Positions 63,606 to 64,000 of a DNA stretch of 64,000 bases are shown here, piece after piece. The position numbers were made by a program, and so were the translations under genes. Position 1 is the first letter of the stretch, and the number at the start of each line of letters is the position of its first letter. Source of the DNA: Eukaryota sp. GEM-RC1 (Eukaryota); contig JAUFOQ010000016.1 of NCBI GenBank assembly GCA_040285855.1, positions 62,001 to 126,000 of the forward strand, given 5' to 3'. The notes beneath the pieces are model-generated. The model made no database searches. It had not been told where the DNA came from and saw only the letters and a program-made list of their open reading frames with translations.

Positions 63606-64000
63606 TTTTTCACTGACAGAAACAATACAATATCACTCAATCAACTGTACTTTATTTTGTATAAATGTTGTAACTTTACTCATATATCCTAGACATAGTC
63701 TTCAACGATCTTTTACATACCACTACTATGAATGTCTTGACTCCAAAGCTGGTGTAGTTTCCCTATTGATCTTCTGATTGTGCAGGTAGTGGAGCGCTGA
63801 CGTCATCACTACAATAATATTCTACTACAACATTACAGTCTTCAACAGTACGAAAAGAGTCTTCATTCATGTTAGACTCGGTCACAAAGTTAGAGTCGTC
63901 AACAGCATTTGGAAGAACACATAGATCTACCATGGAACATTCTGTAGGAAGTTCTGCTTGAACAGTCTTTTTTGGTTTGGAGACAGTGAAGTAGATAGCT

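Noticed and set aside
19347..63777. Many short ORFs antisense to or overlapping real genes in the ORF track
   Set aside because: Shadow frames of long coding sequences with no recognisable motifs.
1..64000. tRNA, rRNA or snRNA genes
   Set aside because: None recognised by eye, and the GGTTCGA-like hits noticed lie inside coding sequence. A covariance-model scan was not possible.

Overview
AT-rich, gene-dense nuclear DNA from a unicellular eukaryote: standard genetic code, one clear 32-nt GT-AG intron, TTAGGG-type telomeric repeat. The taxon cannot be determined from the window. Bases 1-17.5 kb are a nest of hAT and TA-target DNA transposons plus a ~2.65-kb local duplication carrying two RING/B-box/SPRY (TRIM-like) genes. 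The rest holds housekeeping genes (DDX6, Sec7 ARF-GEF, THOC5-like, RPB1, NOL9/Grc3-like, DnaJ, Asterix, AIR9-like, WW, PAP2, EF-hand, MORN, LRR) interspersed with MITEs and non-LTR retroelement remnants. Many genes carry +1 or -1 frameshifts, mostly in homopolymers, which are probably assembly errors. The main finding is a Fanzor1-type (eukaryotic TnpB-derived, RNA-guided) nuclease gene at 27484-25655 (-). The ORF track splits it into short pieces, but five single-base corrections give a ~610-aa protein with an intact RuvC D-E-D triad. It is followed by a highly structured candidate omegaRNA and lies in a ~2.0-kb transposase-less element with imperfect CACT termini and TA flanks, just upstream of the Sec7 gene.
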